Assembly: GCA_963709405.1 (NCBI GenBank)
Contig: CAVPXM010000030.1
Location: forward strand, 128,001 to 192,000
Direction of reading: 5' to 3'
Length of the DNA stretch: 64,000 bases
Source of the DNA: an uncultured Nitrososphaerales archaeon
GTDB taxonomy: Archaea; Thermoproteota; Nitrososphaeria; Nitrososphaerales; Nitrososphaeraceae
Part shown: in pieces, positions 10,677 to 22,476 of the stretch
How the letters are laid out: every line of letters begins with the position of its first letter
Numbering within the stretch: position 1 is the first letter of the stretch
Position numbers and translations under genes: made by a program
Notes under the pieces: generated by a model
What the model was told of the DNA's origin: nothing
Databases searched by the model: none
The model's input: the letters and a program-made list of their open reading frames with translations, nothing else

Positions 10677-11789
10677 TTAACCTAAAACTATCCTTTTATA
10701 CTCCTTCTCAATGGAATTTAAAAGGTCCTTACCATTGATGCGTCCTGCCGATTTTAATATTGATGCTATTGCTATCCCTCCAGCTCCCACCCCATCCTTC
10801 ACATAACCTTTAGAGAAGGCCTGTAGTCCAGCTATCTTGGATTCTTCCATATGTAGATTTGAAGCGTAGACAGGAACTGCATTCTCAGACAATGATTCTG
10901 TTAGGCCAACTAAATCGGATGTTTGATCTCTTGCAACATAAACAGTAGTTCCAATGCATAGATTATCAAGCGGTTGACCAAGCGAATTTAGTATTGCTAT
11001 TACCGCAGTCATTTGGGTCCCACCTGCAAGCATTACTTTCCCCCCAGAATTAAGAATTCCAGCCGCAATTCCAGCAATGGAAGGAAGCATTGGGTCTCCC
11101 AATACAGATACAGCCTTAAAAGGGTCGTTTTTTAAATCCCCTCTTTTGATACCCGCCTTCTCCAATCCTTGAGATACCACACTATTCTTCAAAATGTGCG
11201 GATTATTGGGCATGCTGCTACTTACTTTGAATTCTGCGCTAGCGCCGAGTGCACTCAGAACACCTAGGGCTGTAGTAGTACCACCTGGAATACTTTCGCC
11301 CAAGACTATCAAATCTGACATCTTTGAAAGGTTAGCTCCAAGCAAATTTCCATATTCAAATGCCTTATTAATATTACTTGGGTCAACGGCAGAGCCGAAT
11401 GCAATATTCTTGCCATGTTGTTGGTCAAACGATAGACAAGGGACATGAGGCTTGATTATTGATCCTGCATCCACGACAAAAAAAGGAATGTCTGCAGTGT
11501 CTAGGATGCTTCTTGTGATTATGGCTGGCGTAGGTTTTCCATCCGGGGTAATCGGAACTCTATCTAAGCATTTACAATACCCATAATAGAGGAATTCAGA
11601 ATCAGCAGGGGGGGTATACTTCATTAGGTCTGGGCTAGCACCAGCTATTGTAATCCCAGGTATTGTACTGGTTTCAGTATAAGATATGACACAAACGAAT
11701 ACTGGATTTGTAGTACAAAATTTTTTGATAGGCGACGAAGGTCTTTGATTCAAACATATTATGTCGGAGTAGAACTGTTCTCCTTGCAA
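10677..11789 (-). CDS. cobT: Archaeal nicotinate-nucleotide:dimethylbenzimidazole phosphoribosyltransferase
   Basis: 'TETSTIPGITIAG', 'GESIPGGTTTA', 'LAGGTQM', 'GYVKDGVGAGG'. Confidence 0.92.
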   Translation of the reverse strand: MQGEQFYSDIICLNQRPSSPIKKFCTTNPVFVCVISYTETSTIPGITIAGASPDLMKYTPPADSEFLYYGYCKCLDRVPITPDGKPTPAIITRSILDTADIPFFVVDAGSIIKPHVPCLSFDQQHGKNIAFGSAVDPSNINKAFEYGNLLGANLSKMSDLIVLGESIPGGTTTALGVLSALGASAEFKVSSSMPNNPHILKNSVVSQGLEKAGIKRGDLKNDPFKAVSVLGDPMLPSIAGIAAGILNSGGKVMLAGGTQMTAVIAILNSLGQPLDNLCIGTTVYVARDQTSDLVGLTESLSENAVPVYASNLHMEESKIAGLQAFSKGYVKDGVGAGGIAIASILKSAGRINGKDLLNSIEKEYKRIVLG

Positions 11790-11792
11790 ACC

Positions 11793-12446
11793 TTAATCAT
11801 CGCCATACATGAACTTCACAAAATCCTCCTCAGTCCTTGGGCTGAAAATCGGGCTTGTTTTCTTTTCCTCTTTTATTGTAGAAGTAGGATATGATCCATA
11901 GTTATGTCCAGGATATACAATCAGTGATTCATCCAATTTTGAAATTACATTGAATATGCTATTGTACAATTTCTTTGCATCACCGCCTGGCAGATCCACC
12001 CTTCCACAGTTGCCTACAAAAATTGTGTCACCAGTGAATATGAATTTGTCTTCAATCACAATACAAATGCTATCGTTAGAATGCCCTGGAGTATACAATA
12101 TTTTTAGTGGAATATTTCCCATATAAACAATCTCTTCGTCTTTTACGGATTTATCGCTAGGTTGATTAGAGTTTTCATGTTGGATAATTTTTGCACCAGT
12201 GACTGCAGCTACCTGCTCGTTACCTAGTATATGATCAAAATGAGTATGTGTATTAATAATGTATTCCAAATTCCAATTGTTCCTTTTCAATATCTCAAAT
12301 AATTTTTCAAGATCCCAAGATGGATCAATGATGCATGCTTTAGCTGTGTCTCGATCAGCTAATATATAAGTAAAATTTGCCATCGTACCTACAGGTATTT
12401 GTATCACTTCTATCTTTGAATCGTCCTTGCCTTTAGTTTTATACAA
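11793..12446 (-). CDS. Metallo-beta-lactamase-fold hydrolase (glyoxalase II-like)
   Basis: THTHFDH, TPGHS, FTGD, YPGH metal-binding motifs. Confidence 0.92.
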   Translation of the reverse strand: MYKTKGKDDSKIEVIQIPVGTMANFTYILADRDTAKACIIDPSWDLEKLFEILKRNNWNLEYIINTHTHFDHILGNEQVAAVTGAKIIQHENSNQPSDKSVKDEEIVYMGNIPLKILYTPGHSNDSICIVIEDKFIFTGDTIFVGNCGRVDLPGGDAKKLYNSIFNVISKLDESLIVYPGHNYGSYPTSTIKEEKKTSPIFSPRTEEDFVKFMYGDD

Positions 12447-13140
12447 CTCCGAGCTCGGCCTCCTTAGGAATCCCTATATGTTCAATGTGGATGGCACCAG
12501 TGTATCTTTTGTTATTCAGAAGACCTGTTTTGATCCTGTGAAATGTAACGGTAATATTGGCGCGTACGCATCTCTCATTAGCTTCGCCAGTGGTTGGATT
12601 TAGTCCGGATGGAATATCTACTGCAACTTTGTATGCCTTAGCTGCGTTAATGATATCAATAGCAGACGCATGTGGATCTCTTATCTCTCCTTTGATTCCC
12701 GTACCGAAAATCCCGTCTAAAATTATATCGGCACTACTGATCCTCTCCTTAATAACCCCATTAACTTTTTCGGTATCAATCACATCTACCGAATTCATTT
12801 TCTTAATAATATCCCAATTTATTCTAGCTTCCTCGCTGCGTAAACTAGAAGGATGGCCTAATAGAATAACTGTGTAGCTTGAGTCAAAATAGGATGCTAG
12901 GTGTCTAACCGCAACAAAACAATCCCCTCCGTTGTTACCAGTACCACAAACTGCAACAATTTTCAGTCCGACGAGATTCTCTTTGAATTTAGCTGTAATT
13001 ATATCGGCGATTCCATGTCCAGCATTTTCCATCATGTATACCCTTCGCATTCCAAGTAAATTATGCCCATTTTCCTCGATCTTGTACATTTGTTCTGGGG
13101 TGATCGCACCGACGTCCTTGTTGTTGCTTAGCATAATCAA
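12439..13140 (-). CDS. nnrE: NAD(P)H-hydrate epimerase (YjeF N-terminal domain)
   Basis: 'MMENAG', 'CGTGNNGGD', 'DGIFGTG', 'AVDIPSG'. Confidence 0.93.
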   Translation of the reverse strand: MIMLSNNKDVGAITPEQMYKIEENGHNLLGMRRVYMMENAGHGIADIITAKFKENLVGLKIVAVCGTGNNGGDCFVAVRHLASYFDSSYTVILLGHPSSLRSEEARINWDIIKKMNSVDVIDTEKVNGVIKERISSADIILDGIFGTGIKGEIRDPHASAIDIINAAKAYKVAVDIPSGLNPTTGEANERCVRANITVTFHRIKTGLLNNKRYTGAIHIEHIGIPKEAELGVV

Positions 13141-13315
13141 TTCAGGAGATATTCAAAGCCCTTATATTCGTTTTAAGAATCGGTATCGTCTATTGACGAA
13201 AGACTATGCGTAACAAGCTAAAGTATCGAAAACCAAATACTTGTGAACCTGAATTAAGTATCTCTAGATCCGCTCGCAAAATTTTCGTCTTGTTGGCAAT
13301 GCTTGTCCATGTATG

Positions 13316-13462
13316 TCAAGTTCTAGATAAGGTTCTCTGTTTCGCAGCAGTTAGTTCATCCTTGATATTTTGGATCATAGATTCGCGCTCCAAACTTAAC
13401 CTCTTTTTTGATTCTTCAAACATCTCATTTATAGCATGTGGCAAACGTGATTTATCAGACAT
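13316..13462 (-). CDS. 48-aa putative coiled-coil protein
   Basis: Hand-translated MSDKSRLPHAINEMFEESKKRLSLERESMIQNIKDELTAAKQRTLSRT; minus-strand TATA-like 'TTTTTATAT' ~25 nt upstream. Confidence 0.5.
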   Translation of the reverse strand: MSDKSRLPHAINEMFEESKKRLSLERESMIQNIKDELTAAKQRTLSRT

Positions 13463-14021
13463 ATTGCCAGTATGTACGATTTGATATAAAAATCTAATTC
13501 ATCTGATGAGATCGGCTTCGCGCGAGAATATTCTCGAATCGACTTTTTTAAAATACTGCTACTCCTAATCTTTACAAGAGTTGTTTCTGCTCATGTTTAT
13601 CGACTAGTTTATCTGCCTTATTCTCTGAATCCTGCAGGTTCCTCTTATTCGTTTTCAATCATTCGCCTATTTCAGACAGTGATTTAATTACCAGTATACC
13701 AGCCAGCCAATCATAAAGTTGTATGATACAGTCAAGGTGTCATAGACGTTATGTTTTGACAAATCACGCTAGACATTCTTACGAGTAATAATTAGTATTG
13801 TTCTAGAACTTGAATAATAATTCCCTTGAGTGTGGTAAACGGAAACAATAATTAGCACGAAAAGATGTAGCGAATGACTTGAGTTAAGTAATAGTTTCAA
13901 TGTATCCAATTATAATCGGTCCTCGTATAGTCTGGCGCATGAAATTTCTTTCTATATAAATTTATCTAAAATACAGACTCTTACACTTATATTCCAAGCA
14001 ATTTATTGTAAGTTCTGAAAG

Positions 14022-14558
14022 TTGCAAGGCGTCATGAGGGTTCCTAACGAAATTAAATATGTTGCGGTTATTATAATTGCTGTTGTAATCATCTGGGTCG
14101 GTATCCAGCTTACATTTGGGGTAATTAATCCGTTTTACGTTGTTGCAAGTGAGAGTATGGTGCCTAAGCTGAAGGTTGGCGATTTTGTAGTTATCAATCA
14201 CAATATTCAATTTAGTAATCTAAAGGTAGGTGATATCATAGTTTTTAAAGAGCCCGTACCAGAAAAAGGGCAAGAACCGGAAACCATAGTACATAGAATA
14301 AGGGCAATCGGAATAGATTCACTTGGCGATAGGGTAGTTGTAACAAAAGGCGACGCCAACCCTGATTCTATACCTGGCATAGATTATCCGATAATGCATG
14401 ACAACTATATCGGAAAAGTAGTTTACGTTATTCCGCAATTGGGATTAGTTACTAGAGCTATCAGTCCTCCTGTCAATTATATTCTAATTGCAGTCATACT
14501 TGTTATATTGTTCATCCTTATGAAAAAGGGGAAGGAAAAGAATAAAGCCTCCGTATGA
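14022..14558 (+). CDS. sec11: Signal peptidase I (archaeal Sec11/S26B type)
   Basis: TM, catalytic 'VASESMVP', 'GDIIVF', 'IVHRI', 'TKGDAN'. Confidence 0.93.
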   Translation: MQGVMRVPNEIKYVAVIIIAVVIIWVGIQLTFGVINPFYVVASESMVPKLKVGDFVVINHNIQFSNLKVGDIIVFKEPVPEKGQEPETIVHRIRAIGIDSLGDRVVVTKGDANPDSIPGIDYPIMHDNYIGKVVYVIPQLGLVTRAISPPVNYILIAVILVILFILMKKGKEKNKASV

Positions 14559-14825
14559 GATGCCACGACAAATAGATGTTAAATTGATAAACAATCCACG
14601 TTCTCATGGGATGAATGCCAATATCATATATCATCCATTAATTATGTAAGCAAGTTCGCTGCCGCACAGAATTAAATATAGCTGGTAGCAATCACTTATT
14701 TTTGTTGCAGACAAGTAGAGATGTTAAGAAAGATGTTTCTGAATATTGTTCTTAAAACCCAAACTAACCATGAATTAAGAAAATGACTAGAGCATATTTA
14801 TGGCATAGGTATAACCACTTCTGCC

Positions 14826-15011
14826 CTAGTGGGAAGAACGGGATCTGTCGGTTAATTTCTTATGATAAATACTCTTGCATTGGTAATTTTCGTTTCCTGC
14901 CAAGGCTTCTTCCGTACTAATCATTTTTACGTTCTTCATTTTCCTCCTATCATATACAGTATTGAGGAATTTATAACAAACTGCACATACCTCTTCTCTT
15001 TTCTCAATCAT
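14826..15011 (-). CDS. Small putative metal-binding protein
   Basis: 61 aa with CAVC ... CKSIYH. Confidence 0.4.
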   Translation of the reverse strand: MIEKREEVCAVCYKFLNTVYDRRKMKNVKMISTEEALAGNENYQCKSIYHKKLTDRSRSSH

Positions 15012-15210
15012 AGAAAGCTACCCCATTTTCAACAATTAATCACTAATTAATCTATGTCTTGATACTCCAGTGAAGCCACTCTAAGACACATCCAACTCTT
15101 TTTGCCTTCGGTGAACTAAATTAATATCATTCTTTAGGCATCATTACGATTCTCCTCATTCGATGTTGTTCTTTATATTGGAATGACAATTCATTCACTT
15201 GATTCAAGTA

Positions 15211-15772
15211 TTATGAATAAACAAAGGTGCGGCGATTGTTTAGAGCTTTACCGTTGCCATTGACATTAACTACGCTATGAAAGGGCATGACATAATCCGG
15301 GAGATTTAGTTTTACACATTTATCATCTTGTAAAGCAAAGGTCTTACCATCATAATTGCATTTGAGAACAGGAATTTTCTTTGAACTTACAAAAACGTCT
15401 CCAACCTTATAATATTCTATCAACCTACGATGTTCATACACAGTACAATTCTTTCTCTTAACCCTCTTTTTTCTCATAAACTTGAATGCGAATATAACGT
15501 GTCTATTAGAATAGAACTTGAACATATCACGAATATATACACATCGTTCTATTTGATCTTGTGGTACATATAGAATGTCGCTTGTACCGGCTTTGGCCTC
15601 GATAGATAACAGGATAGCCTCTCTGTTATTAACAGCTATGATATCCGGAAGGCCAGTGCTAGAACCACCTAGTCTTCTTGCATGCCAATCGCCTCTGTCT
15701 AACCTCTGGACAAGTGTGTGCTCAAAGCTGTATCCCCTACTCCTTCGAATATTACCCAGATACTACCACCAT
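15211..15772 (-). CDS. Hjc-like PD-(D/E)XK Holliday junction resolvase; apparent 1-nt insertion near 15756 separates it from ATG 15772
   Basis: Frame of ORF 15211-15525 is open upstream: GNIRRSRGYSFEHTLVQRL..RRLGGSSTGLPDIIAVN..IEAKAG. Confidence 0.8.
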
Positions 15773-16676
15773 TCAACCATATTTACTAGGCCAACCACGC
15801 AATTTCTCATTTTCAATGTGAATAATCTTATTAAAACACTCTATCGAACCCAAATTGCAAGAACCATCCATATAGCCATTTTCATTCAATATCTAAATAA
15901 CTAGTAGAGAATAAATCAGTAAAACTGAAGTCCAAATTCATTGAATTCATACCTTACTAGGTGTATGCGTGGAAATATATATTGCTGTTGCATTATAGCA
16001 GGTCGCTCGAATCGCAATAACACTGCCATTGGGAATGATCTTGGATTGGATTCTATTCCCTGGCCGCAATGGCATTAGAATACCGCTGATTGTCGATGGT
16101 CAGTTTCAATTCTTTAGTTTCATCAGAACACCAGGATACCATTTACAACTTCAGTACATTTTGCACTTGATCTTCATTTCCAATTTGAGCTCGATCTGTT
16201 TGACTTCGATAATACCGTAGCTTCAATCAATCTATCGATGATAAATACGGCAAGTATACCCATTTGCACATCTTACTGTTGTTTAGATATTTATTGGCAG
16301 TCTTTCACTATTAGGATGAAATTAAACCATGCTTTGATTAGCTAAACGAAAAAGACGCTACGTTAAAAGTAATTGTATCAATACTAAATCTTACCTAAAA
16401 TAAACGTTTTCCAGAATTATCAAGCCAAATTTCTAAATAGTCTTCCTTTTACACCGTTATCATTTGTATCTAGAGCTTCATGGTAATTAAGAGCGGCTTA
16501 AATAGGAATCATTTATCATTTTCATCAATTTACATATAATCTGTTCGTATGAAACTTCCCCCGATAATCCTGATTCCATTGAATTATCGACAAAGTTCAA
16601 CGTGACAGCCTTGTAACTTTGCATCTGTTCAGATATTCCTTAATTATAAATAAGATCATTAATAAGGATAATCCAG

Positions 16677-18806
16677 ATGGATATAGGCGACATAACGGGC
16701 CAAGGAAAAGCAAATAGGCTCATAAATGAGAGCAGCCCTTACTTATTACAACATGCACACAATCCTGTAGATTGGTATCCCTGGGGAAAGGAAGCTCTTG
16801 AAAATGCAGAGGTTGAGGATAAACCGATATTTTTGAGCATTGGGTACAGTGCATGTCACTGGTGTCATGTAATGGCTCATGAATCATTCGAAGATACTGG
16901 CATTGCAGGATTCATGAACGATAATTTTATCAATATAAAGGTAGATCGAGAAGAACGACCTGACATAGATGACATCTATCAGAAGGTTTGTCAACTTGCA
17001 AATGGAACTGGAGGTTGGCCACTATCGGTCTTTCTTACACCGGATCAACGCCCATTCTATATTGGCACCTACTTCCCCAATGAGACAAGGAATGGCATGC
17101 CTGGTTTTGGCGTAATACTGAGCCAATTGAAAGAAGCGTACAAAACAAAAAGACACGAGATAAACTCTGCCTCATCCGAATTTATGCACGCATTGGTACA
17201 AACAGCATCCGACATTCCATCTTCGGACAGCCGTGCTAAATTAGAGCGCTCTACTCTAGATGAGGCAGCTATAGGGTTGATTCGTATGGCTGACCTTGTT
17301 TTTGGTGGTTTTGGTCAAGCTCCTAAATTCCCCAACGTCTCCAACCTTTTGTTTTTGTTGCGTTATTATGATATCTCCGGAATAAATCGGTTTAAGGATT
17401 TCGTAATATTTTCAGCCGAAAAGATGGCCGCTGGAGGAATCCACGATCACCTTGGTGGCGGTTTTGCAAGATATTCCACTGACCAAAGATGGCTAATTCC
17501 TCATTTCGAAAAGATGCTCTATGATAATGCTCTTATAACACAGATATATGCAGAATTGTTTCAAATCACTAATGAAGAACGATATCTGCAGATAGTCCAG
17601 AAGACCCTTGAATATGTCATAAGAGAAATGACTTCTCCAGATGGTGGATTTTATTCCTCCCAAGATGCAGACTCTGAAGGGGTGGAGGGCAAGTACTATG
17701 TCTGGTCTAGAAACGAAATATTCGAATCACTTAAGGACCGCACTTTTTCAGAAATCTTTTGCGATTATTACGGAGTTACTCAGAATGGTAACTTCGAAGG
17801 AAAAAATATACTTAATGTAAGGGGAACAGCAAAAGGACTTGCAGGAAAATATGATAAAACTCAAGAGGAAATAGAACAGATTATTAAGGATGCATCAATA
17901 ACACTATTTGATCTCAGGCGGAAGCGCGCAGAGCCAGGAAAGGATGAAAAAATCCTAACATCGTGGAACGGATTAATGATATCGGCTTTTGCAAAAGGAT
18001 ATAAGGTTACTAATAATATTGAATATCTTAAATCTGCAACAAGCGCAATAAATTTTGTCGAAACTAATTTAGTGAGTGCTAACGATGGCAGGTTAAATAG
18101 GCTGTACAAAAATGGAGTTTCTAAATTAAATGCATATTTAGACGATTATGCATTTTATACAAACGCTTTGCTAGATGTATTTGAAGTTGATACGCAGCCT
18201 AAATACCTTGAAAAAGCGATTCTTTATACTGACTTTATGCTCAAGCATTTTTGGGACGATAAAGAAAGCAATCTCTTTTTTACCTCGGATGATCATGAAA
18301 AGTTGATTGTTAGGACAAAGGCATTTTATGATTTGGCGATTCCAAGTGGTAGTTCAATAGCTGCATCTAATCTGCTTAGACTGTATCACCTAACGAATAG
18401 AGATGAATATTTGCAAAAGGCAGAATCAATTATGAGATCAGCAGCTCATGCAGCAGCAGAAAATCCATTTGGATTCGGCCACATGCTAATAGCAATCTAT
18501 TTTTCGATAAAGAAATGTACAGAAATATTGATCATGCAGGAAAAGGATATTCAAGCATCTTCTTTTCAATTGACGAATTGGCTAAATAAACATTTTATCC
18601 CTAACCAAATTTCAGCTGTAATTAACGATAAAATACAATTACAACAACTGCAACAGTATGCGTTCTTTTATGGAAAAGATTTGAGCGGGATCACAGAAAG
18701 TCAACCTGAGTGCGCCATAGTGTGCAAAGATTCTACATGCTCTCTTCCTATCCTGTCAGTAAGCGAGCTTGAGAATCAGATTCACCCAATTAAAGAGCCA
18801 ATTTGA
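16677..18806 (+). CDS. Thioredoxin-domain/six-hairpin protein (YyaL/SSP411, DUF255 family)
   Basis: '[24 protein letters not shown]', 'CHWCHVM', '[11 protein letters not shown]'. Confidence 0.95.
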   Translation: MDIGDITGQGKANRLINESSPYLLQHAHNPVDWYPWGKEALENAEVEDKPIFLSIGYSACHWCHVMAHESFEDTGIAGFMNDNFINIKVDREERPDIDDIYQKVCQLANGTGGWPLSVFLTPDQRPFYIGTYFPNETRNGMPGFGVILSQLKEAYKTKRHEINSASSEFMHALVQTASDIPSSDSRAKLERSTLDEAAIGLIRMADLVFGGFGQAPKFPNVSNLLFLLRYYDISGINRFKDFVIFSAEKMAAGGIHDHLGGGFARYSTDQRWLIPHFEKMLYDNALITQIYAELFQITNEERYLQIVQKTLEYVIREMTSPDGGFYSSQDADSEGVEGKYYVWSRNEIFESLKDRTFSEIFCDYYGVTQNGNFEGKNILNVRGTAKGLAGKYDKTQEEIEQIIKDASITLFDLRRKRAEPGKDEKILTSWNGLMISAFAKGYKVTNNIEYLKSATSAINFVETNLVSANDGRLNRLYKNGVSKLNAYLDDYAFYTNALLDVFEVDTQPKYLEKAILYTDFMLKHFWDDKESNLFFTSDDHEKLIVRTKAFYDLAIPSGSSIAASNLLRLYHLTNRDEYLQKAESIMRSAAHAAAENPFGFGHMLIAIYFSIKKCTEILIMQEKDIQASSFQLTNWLNKHFIPNQISAVINDKIQLQQLQQYAFFYGKDLSGITESQPECAIVCKDSTCSLPILSVSELENQIHPIKEPI

Positions 18807-19498
18807 CAACCAGTCCGTCTGTTTACGCTACTTCTCGTGCTATAGCAGCTCTAATAACGAAAATTACGAGGAGGGGATACGAAGTTAAAGTGACATATGA
18901 AAATTGTCGATATACTTTAGTCGTTAAACATCCGTCCATGCTAAGCAGTTACATAGTCAATTTATTACTAGAATATGGATTCATGCATATTTTTTGCTAC
19001 GCAAAGCCGGCAGTTAATTTAGACAACGTACCGTTACACCAATCTGTTTTTGAAATGGATTTGGTACCTCACAAATCAAAAATAAACTCCAGGGAGGAAT
19101 GAGCTTAACGTTTCTCATTTTGAAGATTCAGTCTCAATACTAATTCTCCTTTTTGATTTTTATGGTCTGTAGAGTAGATAGATATAACATAATACTTACC
19201 AAAAGAGGTAATCATACATTTGAGTTACATATATTTAAGAAGACTGGAACTACATGGGTTACTGATGATATATGCCTGCATAAATCACAATATCAGAAAC
19301 CGGAAAAAGAATGAAAGGAAGTTGATCAATATCGACATTAGTTGGGTCCATAAAGAGAACGAGTAGTTCATGTGCAATAACCTGTAGGAATTCGTCACAT
19401 GGACAAATTTCTTCCTGGCAGCAGAGTTTTTGTACCCAACAGACATAGTAGGTGAGAGGCCAGCTCTGTTCTGATATAGTTATTTTGTTCCTAGTTTT

Positions 19499-20143
19499 CT
19501 ATTCTATATTTATCTGCTTTCCTTTAGGTTTTGTTTGTTCTTTTTTCTTAAAGGTTATTTCGAGTATTCCATTCTTGTAAACTGACCTAGCTGTTTCGAT
19601 ATCTGCTTCTTGCGGTATTTCGATGACCTCGTGGTATTTTCGTTCTGTCCCAGTAGTGATAATCTCAACAGAATTGTCGTAAGCGTTCACTTTAATATTT
19701 TCCTTATTTACACCAGGCATTTCAACAATAACTTTGATTTCTGTGCTTGTTGATGTTATGTCTGCCAATGGCTCTCTTTCAGATGAGATCATTGAACCTG
19801 TAAAAATGCTCTTTCTGCCGCCTGGCGAGAGTGGTGATTTAACATTGCCAAATTCTCTCACTTTTGGTTTACCATCTGGGCCTATTGTCATTGAATAGCC
19901 GTATACAAACGGACCATATTCCCTTACTTTACTCCCTTCAGGAGTTTCATATTCCCTTACCAAATCTTTCGGTGCTTTTGTCTCTATATCTTTAAATCTG
20001 TGTTCAAACTCACTTTCCATTTCTCTTCTCATTTCCTCAAAGCCTTTGAAAAAGTCACCAAAACCAAATCCTCTTCTTCCCTTTCCAAAGAACCTATTAT
20101 ACCAGTCAAATGGCTCTATGCCACTATCTTCAGGAGAACTCAT
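19499..20143 (-). CDS. hsp20: Archaeal small heat-shock protein Hsp20
   Basis: 'GPFVYGYSMTIGPDGKPKVREFGNV', alpha-crystallin 'EMPGV...YKNGILEI'. Confidence 0.95.
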   Translation of the reverse strand: MSSPEDSGIEPFDWYNRFFGKGRRGFGFGDFFKGFEEMRREMESEFEHRFKDIETKAPKDLVREYETPEGSKVREYGPFVYGYSMTIGPDGKPKVREFGNVKSPLSPGGRKSIFTGSMISSEREPLADITSTSTEIKVIVEMPGVNKENIKVNAYDNSVEIITTGTERKYHEVIEIPQEADIETARSVYKNGILEITFKKKEQTKPKGKQINIE

Positions 20144-20560
20144 GCTACTTTATTATGTAGTTCGATATTATAAAGCTACGATTCATCTGTGTTTATGTAT
20201 CTCATACTTATCTTGCTACCATAAGGAATTGTAGCTCTATTACATCGAGATAATAAACGCATGAAACTGATGCAAACTTGCGACTAGTGTTGACATAACC
20301 TTTCACAATTTGGGCCTCACGTACATATCAAATGTCGAGACTATATCATCGATAGAATATTGTCCAGATTATTGTCCACGCCATTCGTTAGAATAGATAT
20401 TATTGAATAGAACTCCATAAGATATCGACAAGAAATGGATTACCAATATTTCAAGCACTTATCCAGAAATTACTTTTATCGATGCTTCTGAATGGTAGCA
20501 TATTCTATTCGAGATATTATAGGATATATATTGGTGAAGTGTTTATTGTCCTGAATTAGC

Positions 20561-20998
20561 ATGAAAGAAAGTGCAAGTAAGCATCAAAAATACACCTGGA
20601 CGTTATCACTCCTATCGGTCATCGTTGCCGGTAGTGTCATTAGTGTTTTTGTCTCTCACAACAACAGCGAAAATTATTCAGCCAACGCAGCTACAGCAAA
20701 GCCATCAAAAGTCTATCTCAAGATTGAAGATTTAAAAATTAGCAAGGGCCCCACCGGTGCTATAGATGTTACGGGTAAAGTAATAAATAATTCCAGCAAA
20801 AATGTCCAAGACGTAAAATTAACGGCTTCGTATTACGACAATACCAATTCTTTGCTTGGAAAGACTACCAAGTTTCTTAGTAATCCCTCGGAGAACATTA
20901 AGCCAAATGGAAAATTGGACTTTAACTTTGTAGAAACGGTTACATTCACGCGCATAGCTCATTCAATAGTGAACGCAACAGCTAATTTGCCTAAGTAG
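20561..20998 (+). CDS. Secreted FxLYD-domain (Ig-like) protein
   Basis: TM then 'VTGKVINNS...VKLTASYYD...LLG...IKPNGKLDF'. Confidence 0.75.
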   Translation: MKESASKHQKYTWTLSLLSVIVAGSVISVFVSHNNSENYSANAATAKPSKVYLKIEDLKISKGPTGAIDVTGKVINNSSKNVQDVKLTASYYDNTNSLLGKTTKFLSNPSENIKPNGKLDFNFVETVTFTRIAHSIVNATANLPK

Positions 20999-21468
20999 CC
21001 AAATCGCAAGTCCTCAATTTATTCGTGGAAACACGTAACAGAGAGCTAAAGGATAAAACTAAGGATTGTTAAATTGACGAGGCTCTTTTATTTTACTCCA
21101 TAATATCATAATCAAAGTGAAAAAACAAATCATCGATACATGAATGGTCAATACATGAAAACAATGATCTAGATTTTATACAAAATGCCTGAGAAATTTG
21201 AAGCAATTAAAGTCCTACCATGTTCTAAATCCACCTGGAAACGGTGCCATCATCTTTCATCAACTGTCTATTACTAGCTTATCGCGCCTTCCTAGAAACA
21301 AGATTTGATTGATTGGTATATTGTTCTTGATTGCCGTTAATGATCACCTCCTCACAAGGTGCCTTTGTTCGTCAAATTTTCTCAACTCATCATGTGATCT
21401 TATATTTAGATAACAATGTTCATCTTTAAAACTACATTGTTACGCATGAGCCAGAATATAACTTGTAG

Positions 21469-22365
21469 TTAGAGGTGCAACCTATCTTGTTGGCGCATGG
21501 CTTCAAACTCATCAAGTGATGTATGACTGGTGCACGATAAACATCTCATATTAGTACCGTACTGATCAAGGATGATCCTGCCGATTCCAGAGGCAGAATC
21601 AAGTATGACGCCAGGTATGGGACTATTACAAAGATTACATCTCAGCTTTACGACGCCGCGGGGCAAGCGTTCATTTGGATCGAATGTCAACAGAGCTAAC
21701 TCAGATTCTCGTTCATGCTCACTTTTTAATCGTAATAGCTCACAAATATCATCATTGTCTAGGTAGCCCTTGTTACGATATTCTTTAATGAGATTCTTAA
21801 GCTCTTCTGTTGGTTTTGAAAATGTCTCACAGTCTATGATAATGCTACTTAAAAGTGCATTTATATCTCGATCAGTTAACCTCAAAAATCTGTGATACTC
21901 TGACTCTACAATATCTGGATGATACCCATGGTCAGCGATTATTTCGATTGGTTTCTTACCTGCACTAAATTCGCTGTACAACGTCTTTAGTTCCCCAGAC
22001 ACCATTCGTGGTATGTCGAGGTAATGATTTGGTTTATTAGTGTAAAAAAAACCATCGATTGCCCTCATTCTGTCTTGGTTATTCGGGATAGAAATTTCCC
22101 CGATGCCTTGCTCTCCACCGGATCTCCCTTTAACAATTATCGATGTCTCCTCCTTCCTTTTTGAGATTCCTGTAGTACTCCTGCTTACAACATCGCTGCC
22201 TCCTATTGTAGCTTTCTTAAATCTGCTTGTCTCCTTCCAGACATATTCTACTGTAGTACCGACCATCGATGCAATTTGTTCAGGAGGATACTTGCCATCC
22301 GATACTAGCGCCCATATACGTTGCTTTTTGTTAGTTGAATTAGCTGGTAGGTAGGTTGGTTTCAA
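21469..22365 (-). CDS. Hypothetical DNA-binding protein (N-terminal HTH, C-terminal CxxC...CxxC)
   Basis: 'PEQIASMVGTTVEYVWKETSR' HTH-like; CNLC and CLSC. Confidence 0.7.
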   Translation of the reverse strand: MKPTYLPANSTNKKQRIWALVSDGKYPPEQIASMVGTTVEYVWKETSRFKKATIGGSDVVSRSTTGISKRKEETSIIVKGRSGGEQGIGEISIPNNQDRMRAIDGFFYTNKPNHYLDIPRMVSGELKTLYSEFSAGKKPIEIIADHGYHPDIVESEYHRFLRLTDRDINALLSSIIIDCETFSKPTEELKNLIKEYRNKGYLDNDDICELLRLKSEHERESELALLTFDPNERLPRGVVKLRCNLCNSPIPGVILDSASGIGRIILDQYGTNMRCLSCTSHTSLDEFEAMRQQDRLHL

Positions 22366-22476
22366 TTTGGTATGGTGAGTAAGTTAAGTAAGTCAAGTAA
22401 TTAAACTTTGTCTGAATGCCAGCAAGATATCTAACTTAACCTCCTTAAGCCATTACTTACTAACTTACCTACCAAC
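22343..22476. repeat. Inverted 18-bp arms plus three 9-bp tandem units around the promoter of the HTH gene
   Basis: 22343-22360 GCTGGTAGGTAGGTTGGT vs revcomp of 22459-22476 GTTGGTAGGTAAGTTAGT (15/18); AGTAAGTTA/AGTAAGTCA/AGTAATTAA at 22378-22404. Confidence 0.6.

Noticed and set aside
15575-15904. 109-aa plus-strand ORF
   Set aside because: Antisense shadow of the resolvase N-terminal half
18803-19102. 99-aa ORF overlapping the YyaL stop codon
   Set aside because: No recognisable motif; cannot be supported as coding from sequence alone
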